Source of the DNA: Eledone cirrhosa
Lineage: Eukaryota
NCBI GenBank assembly: GCA_964016885.1
Contig: OZ024743.1
Span: forward strand, 185,566,001-185,630,000
DNA length: 64,000 bases
Direction: 5' to 3'
The position numbers and the translations under genes were made by a program. Positions 15,000-29,000 of this stretch are shown here, piece by piece. Within the stretch, counting starts at the first letter, position 1, and the number at the start of each line of letters is the position of its first letter. The notes under the pieces were generated by a model that searched no databases, was not told where the DNA came from, and saw nothing but the letters and a program-made list of their open reading frames with translations.

Positions 15000-17900
15000 G
15001 TGAGATTCTAGTATGGCATAAACGTTAACAGTGTTGGTGAGTGAGATTCTAGCATGGCATAAACGTTAACAGTGTTGGTGAGTGAGATTCTAGAATGGCA
15101 TAAACGTTAACAGTGTTGGTGAGTGAGATTCTAGTATGGCATAAACGTTAAAAGTGTTGTTGAGTGAGATTATAGCATGGCATACACATTAACAGTGTTG
15201 TTGAGTGAGATTCTAGTATAGCATAAACGTTAACAGTGTTGGTGAGTGAGATTCTAGTATGGCATAAACGTTAACAGTGTTGGTGAGTGAGATTCTAGTA
15301 TGGCATACACATTAACAGTGTTGTTGAGTGAGATTCTAGCATGGCATAAACGTTAACAGTGTTGGTGAGTGAGATTCTAGTATGGCATAAACGTTAACAG
15401 TGTTGGTGAGTCAGATTCTAGCATGGCATAAACGTTAACAGTGTTGGTGAGTGAGATTCTAGTATGGCATAAACGTTAACAGTGTTGGTGAGTGAGATTC
15501 TAGCATGGCATAAACATTAACAGTGTTGGTGAGTGAGATTCTAGCATGGCATAAACGTTAACAGTGTTGGTGAGTGAGATTCTAGTATGGCATAAACGTT
15601 AACAGTGTTGGTAAGTGAGATTCTAGCATGGCATAAACGTTAACAGTGTTGGTGAGTGAGATTCTAGCATGGCATAAATGTTAACAGTGTTGGTGAGTGA
15701 GATTCTAGCATGGCATAAACGTTAACAGTGTTGGTGAGTGAGATTCTAGTATGGCATAAACGTTAACAGTGTTTGTGAGTGAGATTCTAGTATGGCATAA
15801 ACGTTAACAGTGTTGGTGAGTGAGATTCTAGCATGGCATAAACGTTAACAGTGTTGGTGAGTGAGATTCTAGTATGGCATAAACGTTAACAGTGTTGGTG
15901 AGTGAGATTCTAGCATGGCATAAACGTTAACAGTGTTGGTGAGTGAGATTCTAGCATGGCATAAACGTTAACAGTGTTGGTGAGTGAGATTCTAGCATGG
16001 CATAAACGTTAACAGTGTTGGTGAGTGAGATTCTAGTATCGCATAAACGTTAACAGTGTTTGTGAGTGAGATTCTAGTATGGCATAAACGTTAACATTGT
16101 TGGTGAGTGAGATTCTAGTATGGCATAAACGTTAAAAGTGTTGTTGAGTGAGATTATAGCATGGCATACACATTAACAGTGTTGTTGAGTGAGATTCTAG
16201 TATAGCATAAACGTTAACAGTGTTGGTGAGTGAGATTCTAGTATGGCATAAACGTTAACAGTGTTGGTGAGTGAGATTCTAGTATCGCATACACACTAAC
16301 AGTGTTGTTGAGTGAGATTCTAGCATGGTATAAACGTTAACAGTGTTGTTGAGTGAGATTCTAGTATGGCATAAACGTTAACAGTGTTGGTGAGTGAGAT
16401 TCTAGTATGGCATAAACGTTAACAGTGTTGTTGAGTGAGATTCTAGCATGGCATAAACGTTAACAGTGTTGGTGAGTGAGATTCTAGCATGACATAAACG
16501 TTAACAGTGTTGTTGAGCGAGATTCTAGCATGGCATAAACCTTAACAGTGTTGGTGAGTGAGATTCTAGTATGGCATAAACGTTAACAGAGTTGGTGAGT
16601 GAGATTTTAGTATGGCATAAACGTTAACAGTGTTGTTGAGTGAGATTCTAGCATGGCATAAACGTTAACAGTGTTGGTGAGTGAGATTCTAGTATGGCAT
16701 ACACATTAACAGTGTTGTTGAGTGAGATTCTAGCATGGTATAAACGTTAACAGTGTTGTTGAGTGAGATTCTAGTATGGCATAAACGTTAACATTGTTGG
16801 TGAGTGAGATTCTAGTATGGCATACACATTAACAGTGTTGTTGATTGAGATTCTAGTATGACATACACATTAACAGTGTTGTTGAGTGAGATTCTAGTAT
16901 GGCATAAACGTTAACAGTGTTGTTGTGTGAGATTCTAGCATGGCATAAACGTTAACAGTGTTGTTGAGTGAGATCCTAGTATGGCATAAACGTTAACAGT
17001 GTTGTTGAGTGAGATTCTAGTATGGCATAAACGTTAACAGTGTTGGTGAGTGAGATTCTAGTATGGCATAAACGTTAACAGTGTTGTTGAGTGAGATTCT
17101 AGTATGGCATAAACGTTAACAGTGTTGGTGAGTGAGATTCTAGTATGGCATAAACGTTAACAGTATTGGTGAGTGAGATTCTAGCATGGCATAAACGTTA
17201 ACAGTGTTGGTGAGTCAGATCCTAGCATGGCATAAACGTTAACAGTGTTGTTGAGTGAGATTCTAGCATGGCATAAACGTTAACAGTGTTGGTGAGTGAG
17301 ATTCTAGTATCGCATAAACGTTAACAGTGTTGGTGAGTCAGATTCTAGTATGGCATAAACGTTAACAGTGTTGGTGAGTGAGATTCTAGTATGGCATAAA
17401 CGTTAACAATGTTGGTGAATCAGATTCTAGCATGGCATAAACTTTAACAGTGTTGTTGAGTGAGATTCTAGCATGGCATAAACGTTAACAGTGTTGGTGA
17501 GTGAGATTCTAGTATCGCATAAACGTTAACAGTGTTGGTGAGTGAGATTCTAGTATGGCATAAACGTTAACAGTGTTGGTGAGTGAGATTCTAGTATGGC
17601 ATAAAAGTTAACAGTTTTGTTGAGTCAGATTCTAGCATGGCATAAACGTTAACAGTGTTGGTGAGTGAGTTTCTAGTATGGCATAAACGTTAACAGTGTT
17701 GGTGAGTGAGATTCTAGTATGGCATAAACGTTAACAGTTTTGTTGAGTCAGATTCTAGTATGGCATAAACGTTAACAGTGTTGGTGAGTGAGATTCTAGT
17801 ATGGCATAAACGTTAACAGTGTTGGTGAGTGAGATTCTAGTATGGCATAAACGTTAACAGTTTTGTTGAGTCAGATTCTAGCATGGCATAAACGTTAACA

Positions 17901-20800
17901 GTGTTGGTGAGTGAGATTCTAGTATGGCATAAACGTTAACAGTGTTGGTGAGTGAGATTCTAGCATGGCATAAACGTTAACAGTGTTGGTGAGTGAGATT
18001 CTAGAATGGCATAAACGTTAACAGTGTTGGTGAGTGAGATTCTAGTATGGCATAAACGTTAAAAGTGTTGTTGAGTGAGATTATAGCATGGCATACACAT
18101 TAACAGTGTTGTTGAGTGAGATTCTAGTATAGCATAAACGTTAACAGTGTTGGTGAGTGAGATTCTAGTATGGCATAAACGTTAACAGTGTTGGTGAGTG
18201 AGATTCTAGTATGGCATACACATTAACAGTGTTGTTGAGTGAGATTCTAGCATGGCATAAACGTTAACAGTGTTGGTGAGTGAGATTCTAGTATGGCATA
18301 AACGTTAACAGTGTTGGTGAGTCAGATTCTAGCATGGCATAAACGTTAACAGTGTTGGTGAGTGAGATTCTAGTATGGCATAAACGTTAACAGTGTTGGT
18401 GAGTGAGATTCTAGCATGGCATAAACATTAACAGTGTTGGTGAGTGAGATTCTAGCATGGCATAAACGTTAACAGTGTTGGTGAGTGAGATTCTAGTATG
18501 GCATAAACGTTAACAGTGTTGGTAAGTGAGATTCTAGCATGGCATAAACGTTAACAGTGTTGGTGAGTGAGATTCTAGCATGGCATAAACGTTAACAGTG
18601 TTGGTGAGTGAGATTCTAGCATGGCATAAACGTTAACAGTGTTGGTGAGTGAGATTCTAGTATGGCATAAACGTTAACAGTGTTTGTGAGTGAGATTCTA
18701 GTATGGCATAAACGTTAACAGTGTTGGTGAGTGAGATCCTAGCATGGCATAAACGTTAACAGTGTTGGTGAGTGAGATTCTAGTATGGCATAAACGTTAA
18801 CAGTGTTGGTGAGTGAGATTCTAGCATGGCATAAACGTTAACAGTGTTGGTGAGTGAGATTCTAGCATGGCATAAACGTTAACAGTGTTGGTGAGTGAGA
18901 TTCTAGCATGGCATAAACGTTAACAGTGTTGGTGAGTGAGATTCTAGTATCGCATAAACGTTAACAGTGTTTGTGAGTGAGATTCTAGTATGGCATAAAC
19001 GTTAAAAGTGTTGTTGAGTGAGATTATAGCATGGCATACACATTAACAGTGTTGTTGAGTGAGATTCTAGTATAGCATAAACGTTAACAGTGTTGGTGAG
19101 TGAGATTCTAGTATGGCATAAACGTTAACAGTGTTGGTGAGTGAGATTCTAGTATCGCATACACATTAACAGTGTTGTTGAGTGAGATTCTAGCATGGTA
19201 TAAACGTTAACAGTGTTGTTGAGTGAGATTCTAGTATGGCATAAACGTTAACAGTGTTGGTGAGTGAGATTCTAGTATGGCATAAACGTTAACAGTGTTG
19301 TTGAGTGAGATTCTAGCATGGCATAAACGTTAACAGTGTTGGTGAGTGAGATTCTAGCATGACATAAACGTTAACAGTGTTGTTGAGCGAGATTCTAGCA
19401 TGGCATAAACCTTAACAGTGTTGGTGAGTGAGATTCTAGTATGGCATAAACGTTAACAGAGTTGGTGAGTGAGATTTTAGTATGGCATAAACGTTAACAG
19501 TGTTGTTGAGTGAGATTCTAGCATGGCATAAACGTTAACAGTGTTGGTGAGTGAGATTCTAGTATGGCATACACATTAACAGTGTTGTTGAGTGAGATTC
19601 TAGCATGGTATAAACGTTAACAGTGTTGTTGAGTGAGATTCTAGTATGGCATAAACGTTAACATTGTTGGTGAGTGAGATTCTAGTATGGCATACACATT
19701 AACAGTGTTGTTGATTGAGATTCTAGTATGACATACACATTAACAGTGTTGTTGAGTGTGATTCTAGTATGGCATAAACGTTAACAGTGTTGTTGTGTGA
19801 GATTCTAGCATGGCATAAACGTTAACAGTGTTGTTGAGTGAGATCCTAGTATGGCATAAACGTTAACAGTGTTGTTGAGTGAGATTCTAGTATGGCATAA
19901 ACGTTAACAGTGTTGGTGAGTGAGATTCTAGTATGGCATAAACGTTAACAGTGTTGTTGAGTGAGATTCTAGTATGGCATAAACGTTAACAGTGTTGGTG
20001 AGTGAGATTCTAGTATGGCATAAACGTTAACAGTATTGGTGAGTGAGATTCTAGCATGGCATAAACGTTAACAGTGTTGGTGAGTCAGATCCTAGCATGG
20101 CATAAACGTTAACAGTGTTGTTGAGTGAGATTCTAGCATGGCATAAACGTTAACAGTGTTGGTGAGTGAGATTCTAGTATCGCATAAACGTTAACAGTGT
20201 TGGTGAGTCAGATTCTAGTATGGCATAAACGTTAACAGTGTTGGTGAGTGAGATTCTAGTATGGCATAAACGTTAACAATGTTGGTGAATCAGATTCTAG
20301 CATGGCATAAACTTTAACAGTGTTGTTGAGTGAGATTCTAGCATGGCATAAACGTTAACAGTGTTGGTGAGTGAGATTCTAGTATCGCATAAACGTTAAC
20401 AGTGTTGGTGAGTGAGATTCTAGTATGGCATAAACGTTAACAGTGTTGGTGAGTGAGATTCTAGTATGGCATAAAAGTTAACAGTTTTGTTGAGTCAGAT
20501 TCTAGCATGGCATAAACGTTAACAGTGTTGGTGAGTGAGTTTCTAGTATGGCATAAACGTTAACAGTGTTGGTGAGTGAGATTCTAGTATGGCATAAACG
20601 TTAACAGTTTTGTTGAGTCAGATTCTAGTATGGCATAAACGTTAACAGTGTTGGTGAGTGAGATTCTAGTATGGCATAAACGTTAACAGTGTTGGTGAGT
20701 GAGATTCTAGTATGGCATAAACGTTAACAGTTTTGTTGAGTCAGATTCTAGCATGGCATAAACGTTAACAGTGTTGGTGAGTGAGATTCTAGTATGGCAT
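15000..20800. repeat. Tandem block duplication of 71/70 monomers
   Basis: TAGAATGG at 15091/18002 (2911 = 71x41). GAGATTTTAG at 16601/19471 and GTTGGTGAAT at 17411/20281 (2870 = 70x41). The AACATTGTTGG monomer near 16.09 kb is absent from copy 2. Confidence 0.9.
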
Positions 20801-23078
20801 AAACGTTAACAGTGTTGGTGAGTCAGATTCTAGCATGGCATAAACGTTAACAGTGTTGGTGAGTGAGATTCTAGTATGGCATAAACGTTAACAGTGTTGG
20901 TGAGTGAGATTCTAGCATGGCATAAACGTTAACAGTGTTGGTGAGTGAGATTCTAGCATGGCATAAACGTTAACAGTGTTGGTGAGTGAGATTCTAGTAT
21001 GGCATAAACGTTAACAGTGTTGGTGAGTGAGATTCTAGTATGGCATAAACATTAACAGTGTTGTTGAGTGAGATTCTAGTATGGCATACACATTAACAGT
21101 GTTGTTGAGTGAGATTCTAGTATGGCATAAATGTTAACAGTGTTGTTGCGTGTGATTCTAGCATGGCATAAATGCTAACAGTGTTGTTCAGTGAGATTAT
21201 AGTATGGCATAAACGTTAACAGTGTTGGTGAGTGAGATTCTAGTATGGCACAAACGTTAACAGTGTTTGTGAGTGAGATTCTAACATGGCATAAACGTTA
21301 ACAGTGTTGTTGACTGAGATTCTAGCATGGCATAAACGTTAACAGTGTTGTTGAGTGAGATTCTAGCATGGCATAAACGTTAACAGTGTTAGTGAGTGAG
21401 ATTCTAGCATGGCATAAACGTTAACAGTGTTGTTGAGTGAGATTCTAGCATGGTATAAACGTTAACAGTGTTGTTGAGTGAGATTCTAGTATGGCATAAA
21501 CGTTAACAGTGTTGGTGAGTGAGATTCTAGTATGGCATAAACGTTAACAGTGTTGTTGAGTCAGATTCTAGTATGGCATACACGTTAACAGTGTTGGTGA
21601 GTGAGATTCTAGTATGGCATACACGTTAACAGTGTTGTTGAGTGAGATTCTAGTATGGCATAAACGTTAACAGTGTTGGTGAGTGAGATTCTAGTATGGC
21701 ATACACGTTAACAGTGTTGGTGAGTGAGATTCTAGTATGGCATACACATTAACAGTGTTGTTGATTAAGATTCTAGTATGGCATACACATTAACAGTGTT
21801 GGTGAGTGAGATTCTAGTATGGCATACACGTTAACAGTGTTGGTGAGTGAGATTCTAGTATCGCATAAACGTTAACAGTGTTGGTGAGTGAGATTCTAGT
21901 ATGGCATAAACGTTAACAGTGTTGGTGAGTAAGATTCTAGTATGGCATAAACGTTAACAGTGTTGGTGAGTGAGATTCTAGTATGGCATAAACGTTAACA
22001 GTGTTGGTGAGTGAGATTCTAGTATGGCATAAACGTTAACAGTGTTGGTGAGTCAGATTCTAGCATGGCATAAACGTTAACAGTTTTGTTGAGTCAGATT
22101 CTAGTATGGCATAAACGTTAACAGTGTTGGTTAGTGAGATTCTAGTATGGCATAAACGTTAACAGTGTTGGTGAGTGAGATTCTAGTATGGCCTAAACGT
22201 TAACAGTTTTGTTGAGTCAGATTCTAGCATGGCATAAACGTTAACAGTGTTGGTGAGTGAGATTCTAGTATGGCATAAACGTTAACAGTGTTGGTGAGTC
22301 AGATTCTAGCATGGCATAAACGTTAACAGTGTTGGTGAGTGAGATTCTAGTATGGCATAAACGTTAACAGTGTTGGTGAGTGAGATTCTAGCATGGCATA
22401 AACGTTAACAGTGTTGGTGAGTGAGATTCTAGCATGGCATAAACGTTAACAGTGTTGGTGAGTGAGATTCTAGTATGGCATAAACGTTAACAGTGTTGGT
22501 AAGTGAGATTCTAGCATGGCATAAACGTTAACAGTGTTGGTGAGTGAGATTCTAGCATGGCATAAACGTTAACAGTGTTGGTGAGTGAGATTCTAGCATG
22601 GCATAAACGTTAACAGTGTTGGTGAGTGAGATTCTAGTATGGCATAAACGTTAACAGTGTTTGTGAGTGAGATTCTAGTATGGCATAAACGTTAACAGTG
22701 TTGGTGAGTGAGATTCTAGCATGGCATAAACGTTAACAGTGTTGGTGAGTGAGATTCTAGTATGGCATAAACGTTAACAGTGTTGGTGAGTGAGATTCTA
22801 GCATGGCATAAACGTTAACAGTGTTGGTGAGTGAGATTCTAGCATGGCATAAACGTTAACAATGTTGGTGAGTGAGATTCTAGCATGGCATAAACGTTAA
22901 CAGTGTTGGTGAGTGAGATTCTAGTATCGCATAAACGTTAACAGTGTTTGTGAGTGAGATTCTAGTATGGCATAAACGTTAACATTGTTGGTGAGTGAGA
23001 TTCTAGTATGGCATAAACGTTAAAAGTGTTGTTGAGTGAGATTATAGCATGGCATACACATTAACAGTTTTGTTGAGT

Positions 23079-26000
23079 GAGATTCTAGCATGGTATAAAC
23101 GTTAACAGTGTTGTTGAGTGAGATTCTAGTATGGCATAAACTTTAACAGTGTTGGTTAGTGAGATTCTAGTATGGCATAAATGTTAACAGTGTTGGTGAG
23201 TGAGATTCTAGTATGGCATAAACGTTAACAGTTTTGTTGAGTCAGATTCTAGCATGGCATAAACGTTAACAGTGTTGGTGAGTGAGATTCTAGTATGGCA
23301 TAAACGTTAATAGTGTTGGTGAGTCAGATTCTAGTATGGCATACACGTTAACAGTGTTGGTGAGTGAGATTCTAGTATGGCATACACGTTAACAGTGTTG
23401 TTGAGTGAGATTCTAGTATGGCATAAACGTTAACAGTGTTGGTGAGTGAGATTCTAGTATGGCATACACGTTAACAGTGTTGGTGAGTGAGATTCTAGTA
23501 TGGCATACACATTAACAGTGTTGTTGATTAAGATTCTAGTATGGCATACACATTAACAGTGTTGGTGAGTGAGATTCTAGTATGGCATACACGTTAACAG
23601 TGTTGGTGAGTGAGATTCTAGTATGGCATAAAGGTTAACAGTGTTGGTGAGTGAGATTCTAGTATGGCATAAACGTTAACAGTGTTGGTGAGTAAGATTC
23701 TAGTATGGCATAAACGTTAACAGTGTTGGTGAGTGAGATTCTAGTATGGCATAAACGTTAACAGTGTTGGTGAGTGAGATTCTAGTATGGCATAAACGTT
23801 AACAGTGTTGGTGAGTCAGATTCTAGCATGGCATAAACGTTAACAGTTTTGTTGAGTCAGATTCTAGTATGGCATAAACTTTAACAGTGTTGGTTAGTGA
23901 GATTCTAGTATGGCATAAATGTTAACAGTGTTGGTGAGTGAGATTCTAGTATGGCATAAACGTTAACAGTTTTGTTGAGTCAGATTCTAGCATGGCATAA
24001 ACGTTAACAGTGTTGGTGAGTGAGATTCTAGTATGGCATAAACGTTAACAGTGTTGGTGAGTCAGATTCTAGCATGGCATAAACGTTAACAGTGTTGGTG
24101 AGTGAGATTCTAGTATCGCATAAACGTTAACAGTGTTGGTGAGTGAGATTCTAGTATGGCATAAACGTTAACAGTGTTGGTGAGTAAGATTCTAGTATGG
24201 CATAAACGTTAACAGTGTTGGTGAGTGAGATTCTAGTATGGCATAAACGTTAACAGTGTTGGTGAGTGAGATTCTAGTATGGCATAAACGTTAACAGTGT
24301 TGGTGAGTCAGATTCTAGCATGGCATAAACGTTAACAGTTTTGTTGAGTCAGATTCTAGTATGGCATAAACGTTAACAGTGTTGGTTAGTGAGATTCTAG
24401 TATGGCATAAAAGTTAACAGTGTTGGTGAGTGAGATTCTAGTATGGCATAAACGTTAACAGTTTTGTTGGTCAGATTCTAGCATGGCATAAACGTTAACA
24501 GTGTTGGTGAGTGAGATTCTAGCATGGCATAAACGTTAACAGTGTTGGTGAGTGAGATTCTAGCATGGCATAAACGTTAACAGTGTTGGTGAGTGAGATT
24601 CTAGCATGGCATAAACGTTAACAGTGTTGGTGAGTGAGATTCTAGTATCGCATAAACGTTAACAGTGTTTGTGAGTGAGATTCTAGTATGGCATAAACGT
24701 TAACATTGTTGGTGAGTGAGATTCTAGTATGGCATAAACGTTAAAAGTGTTGTTGAGTGAGATTATAGCATGGCATACACATTAACAGTGTTGTTGAGTG
24801 AGATTCTAGTATAGCATAAACGTTAACAGTGTTGGTGAGTGAGATTCTAGTATGGCATAAACGTTAACAGTGTTGGTGAGTGAGATTCTAGTATGGCATA
24901 CACATTAACAGTGTTGTTGAGTGAGATTCTAGCATGGTATAAACGTTAACAGTGTTGTTGAGTGAGATTCTAGTATGGCATAAACGTTAACAGTGTTGGT
25001 GAGTGAGATTCTAGTATGGCATAAACGTTAACAGTGTTGTTGAGTGAGATTCTAGTATGGCATAAACGTTAACAGTGTTGGTGAGTGAGATTCTAGCATG
25101 ACATAAACGTTAACAGTGTTGTTGAGCGAGATTCTAGCATGGCATAAACGTTGACAGTGTTGGTGAGTGAGATTCTAGCATGGCATAAACGTTGACAGTA
25201 TTGGTGAGTGAGATTCTAGTATGGCGTAAACGTTAACAGTGTTGGTGAGTGAGATTCTAGCATGGCATAAACGTTAACAGTGTTGGTGAGTGAGATTCTA
25301 GCATGGCATAAACCTTAACAGTGTTGGTGAGTGAGATTCTAGTATGGCATAAACGTTAACAGAGTTGGTGAGTGAGATTCTAGTATGGCATAAACGTTAA
25401 CAGTGTTGTTGAGTGAGATTCTAGCATGGCATAAACGTTAACAGTGTTGGTGAGTGAGATTCTAGTATGGCATACACATTAACAGTGTTGTTGAGTGAGA
25501 TTCTAGCATGGTATAAACGTTAACAGTGTTGTTGAGTGAGATTCTAGTATGGCATAAACGTTAACAGTGTTGGTGAGTGAGATTCTAGTATGGCATACAC
25601 ATTAACAGTGTTGTTGATTGAGATTCTAGTATGACATACACATTAACAGTGTTGTTGAGTGAGATTCTAGTATGGCATAAACGTTAACAGAGTTGGTGAG
25701 TGAGATTCTAATATGGCATAAACGTTAACAGTGTTGTTGTGTGAGATTCTAGCATGGCATAAACGTTAACAGTGTTGTTGAGTGAGATCCTAGTATGGCA
25801 TAAACGTTAACAGTGTTGTTGAGTGAGATTCTAGTATGGCATAAACGTTAACAGTGTTGGTGAGTGAGATTCTAGTATGGCATAAACGTTAACAGTGTTG
25901 TTGAGTGAGATTCTAGTATGGCATAAACGTTAACAGTGTTGGTGAGTGAGATTCTAGTATGGCATAAACGTTAACAGTATTGGTGAGTGAGATTCTAGCA

Positions 26001-29000
26001 TGGCATAAACGTTAACAGTGTTGGTGAGTCAGATCCTAGCATGGCATAAACGTTAACAGTGTTGTTGAGTGAGATTCTAGCATGGCATAAACGTTAACAG
26101 TGTTGGTGAGTGAGATTCTAGTATCGCATAAACGTTAACAGTGTTGGTGAGTCAGATTCTAGTATGGCATAAACGTTAACAGTGTTGGTGAGTGAGATTC
26201 TAGTATGGCATAAACGTTAACAATGTTGGTGAGTCAGATTCTAGCATGGCATAAACTTTAACAGTGTTGTTGAGTGAGATTCTAGCATGGCATAAATGTT
26301 AACAGTGTTGGTGAGTGAGATTCTAGTATCGCATAAACGTTAACAGTGTTGGTGAGTGAGATTCTAGTATGGCATAAACGTTAACAGTGTTGGTGAGTGA
26401 GATTCTAGTATGGCATAAAAGTTAACAGTTTTGTTGAGTCAGATTCTAGCATGGCATAAACGTTAACAGTGTTGGTGAGTGAGTTTCTAGTATGGCATAA
26501 ACGTTAACAGTGTTGGTGAGTGAGAGTCTAGTATGGCATAAACGTTAACAGTTTTGTTGAGTCAGATTCTAGTATGGCATAAACGTTAACAGTGTTGGTG
26601 AGTGAGATTCTAGTATGGCATAAACGTTAACAGTGTTGGTGAGTGAGATTCTAGTATGGCATAAACGTTAACAGTTTTGTTGAGTCAGATTCTAGCATGG
26701 CATAAACGTTAACAGTGTTGGTGAGTGAGATTCTAGTATGGCATAAACGTTAACAGTGTTGGTGAGTCAGATTCTAGCATGGCATAAACGTTAACTGTGT
26801 TGGTGAGTGAGATTCTAGTATGGCATAAACGTTAACAGTGTTGGTGAGTGAGATTCTAGCATGGCATAAACGTTAACAGTGTTGGTGAGTGAGATTCTAG
26901 CATGGCATAAACGTTAACAGTGTTGGTGAGTGAGATTCTAGCATGGCATAAACGTTAACAGTGTTGGTGAGTGAGATTCTAGTATGGCATAAACGTTAAC
27001 AGTGTTGGTGAGTGAGATTCTAGTATGGCATAAACATTAACAGTGTTGTTGAGTGAGATTCTAGTATGGCATACACATTAACAGTGTTGTTGAGTGAGAT
27101 TCTAGTATGGCATAAATGTTAACAGTGTTGTTGCGTGTGATTCTAGCATGGCATAAATGCTAACAGTGTTGTTCAGTGAGATTATAGTATGGCATAAACG
27201 TTAACAGTGTTGGTGAGTGAGATTCTAGTATGGCACAAACGTTAACAGTGTTTGTGAGTGAGATTCTAACATGGCATAAACGTTAACAGTGTTGTTGACT
27301 GAGATTCTAGCATGGCATAAACGTTAACAGTGTTGTTGAGTGAGATTCTAGCATGGCATAAACGTTAACAGTGTTAGTGAGTGAGATTCTAGAATGGCAT
27401 AAACGTTAACAGTGTTGTTGAGTGAGATTCTAGCATGGTATAAACGTTAACAGTGTTGTTGAGTGAGATTCTAGTATGGCATAAACGTTAACAGTGTTGG
27501 TGAGTGAGATTCTAGTATGGCATAAACGTTAACAGTGTTGTTGAGTCAGATTCTAGTATGGCATACACGTTAACAGTGTTGGTGAGTGAGATTCTAGTAT
27601 GGCATACACGTTGACAGTGTTGTTGAGTGAGATTCTAGTATGGCATAAACGTTAACAGTGTTGGTGAGTGAGATTCTAGTATGGCATACACGTTAACAGT
27701 GTTGGTGAGTGAGATTCTAGTATGGCATACACATTAACAGTGTTGTTGATTAAGATTCTAGTATGGCATACACATTAACAGTGTTGGTGAGTGAGACTCT
27801 AGTATGGCATACACGTTAACAGTGTTGGTGAGTGAGATTCTAGTATCGCATAAACGTTAACAGTGTTGGTGAGTGAGATTCTAGTATGGCATAAACGTTA
27901 ACAGTGTTGGTGAGTAAGATTCTAGTATGGCATAAACGTTAACAGTGTTGGTGAGTGAGATTCTAGTATCGCATAAACGTTAACAGTGTTTGTGAGTGAG
28001 ATTCTAGTATGGCATAAACTTTAACAGTGTTGGTGAGTGAGATTCTAGCATGGCATAAACGTTAACAGTGTTGGTGAGTGAGATTCTAGCATGGCATAAA
28101 CGTTAACAGTGTTGGTGAGTGAGATTCTAGTATCGCATAAACGTTAACAGTGTTGGTGAGTGAGATTCTAGCATGGCATAAACGTTAACAGTGTTGGTGA
28201 GTGAGATTCTAGCATGGCATAAACGTTAACAGTGTTGGTGAGTGAGATTCTAGTATCGCATAAACGTTAACAGTGTTTGTGAGTGAGATTCTAGTATGGC
28301 ATAAACGTTAACATTGTTGGTGAGTGAGATTCTAGTATGGCATAAACGTTAAAAGTGTTGATGAGTGAGATTATAGCATGACATACACATTAACAGTGTT
28401 GTTGAGTGAGATTCTAGTATAGCATAAACGTTAACAGTGTTGGTGAGTGAGATTCTAGTATGGCATAAACGTTAACAGTGTTGGTGAGTGAGATTCTAGT
28501 ATGGCATACACATTAACAGTGTTGTTGAGTGAGATTCTAGCATGGTATAAACGTTAACAGTGTTGTTGAGTGAGATTCTAGTATGGCATAAACGTTAACA
28601 GTGTTGGTGAGTGAGATTCTAGTATGGCATAAACGTTAACAGTGTTGTTGAGTGAGATTCTAGTATGGCATAAACGTTAACAGTGTTGGTGAGTGAGATT
28701 CGAGCATGACATAAACGTTAACAGTGTTGTTGAGCGAGATTCTAGCATGGCATAAACGTTGACAGTGTTGGTGAGTGAGATTCTAGCATGGCATAAACGT
28801 TGACAGTATTGGTGAGTGAGATTCTAGTATGGCATAAACGTTAACAGTGTTGGTGAGTGAGATTCTAGCATGGCATAAACGTTAACAGTGTTGGTGAGTG
28901 AGATTCTAGTATGGCATAAACGTTAACAGTGTTGGTGAGTGAGATTCTAGCATGGCATAAACCTTAACAGTGTTGGTGAGTGAGATTCTAGTATGGCATA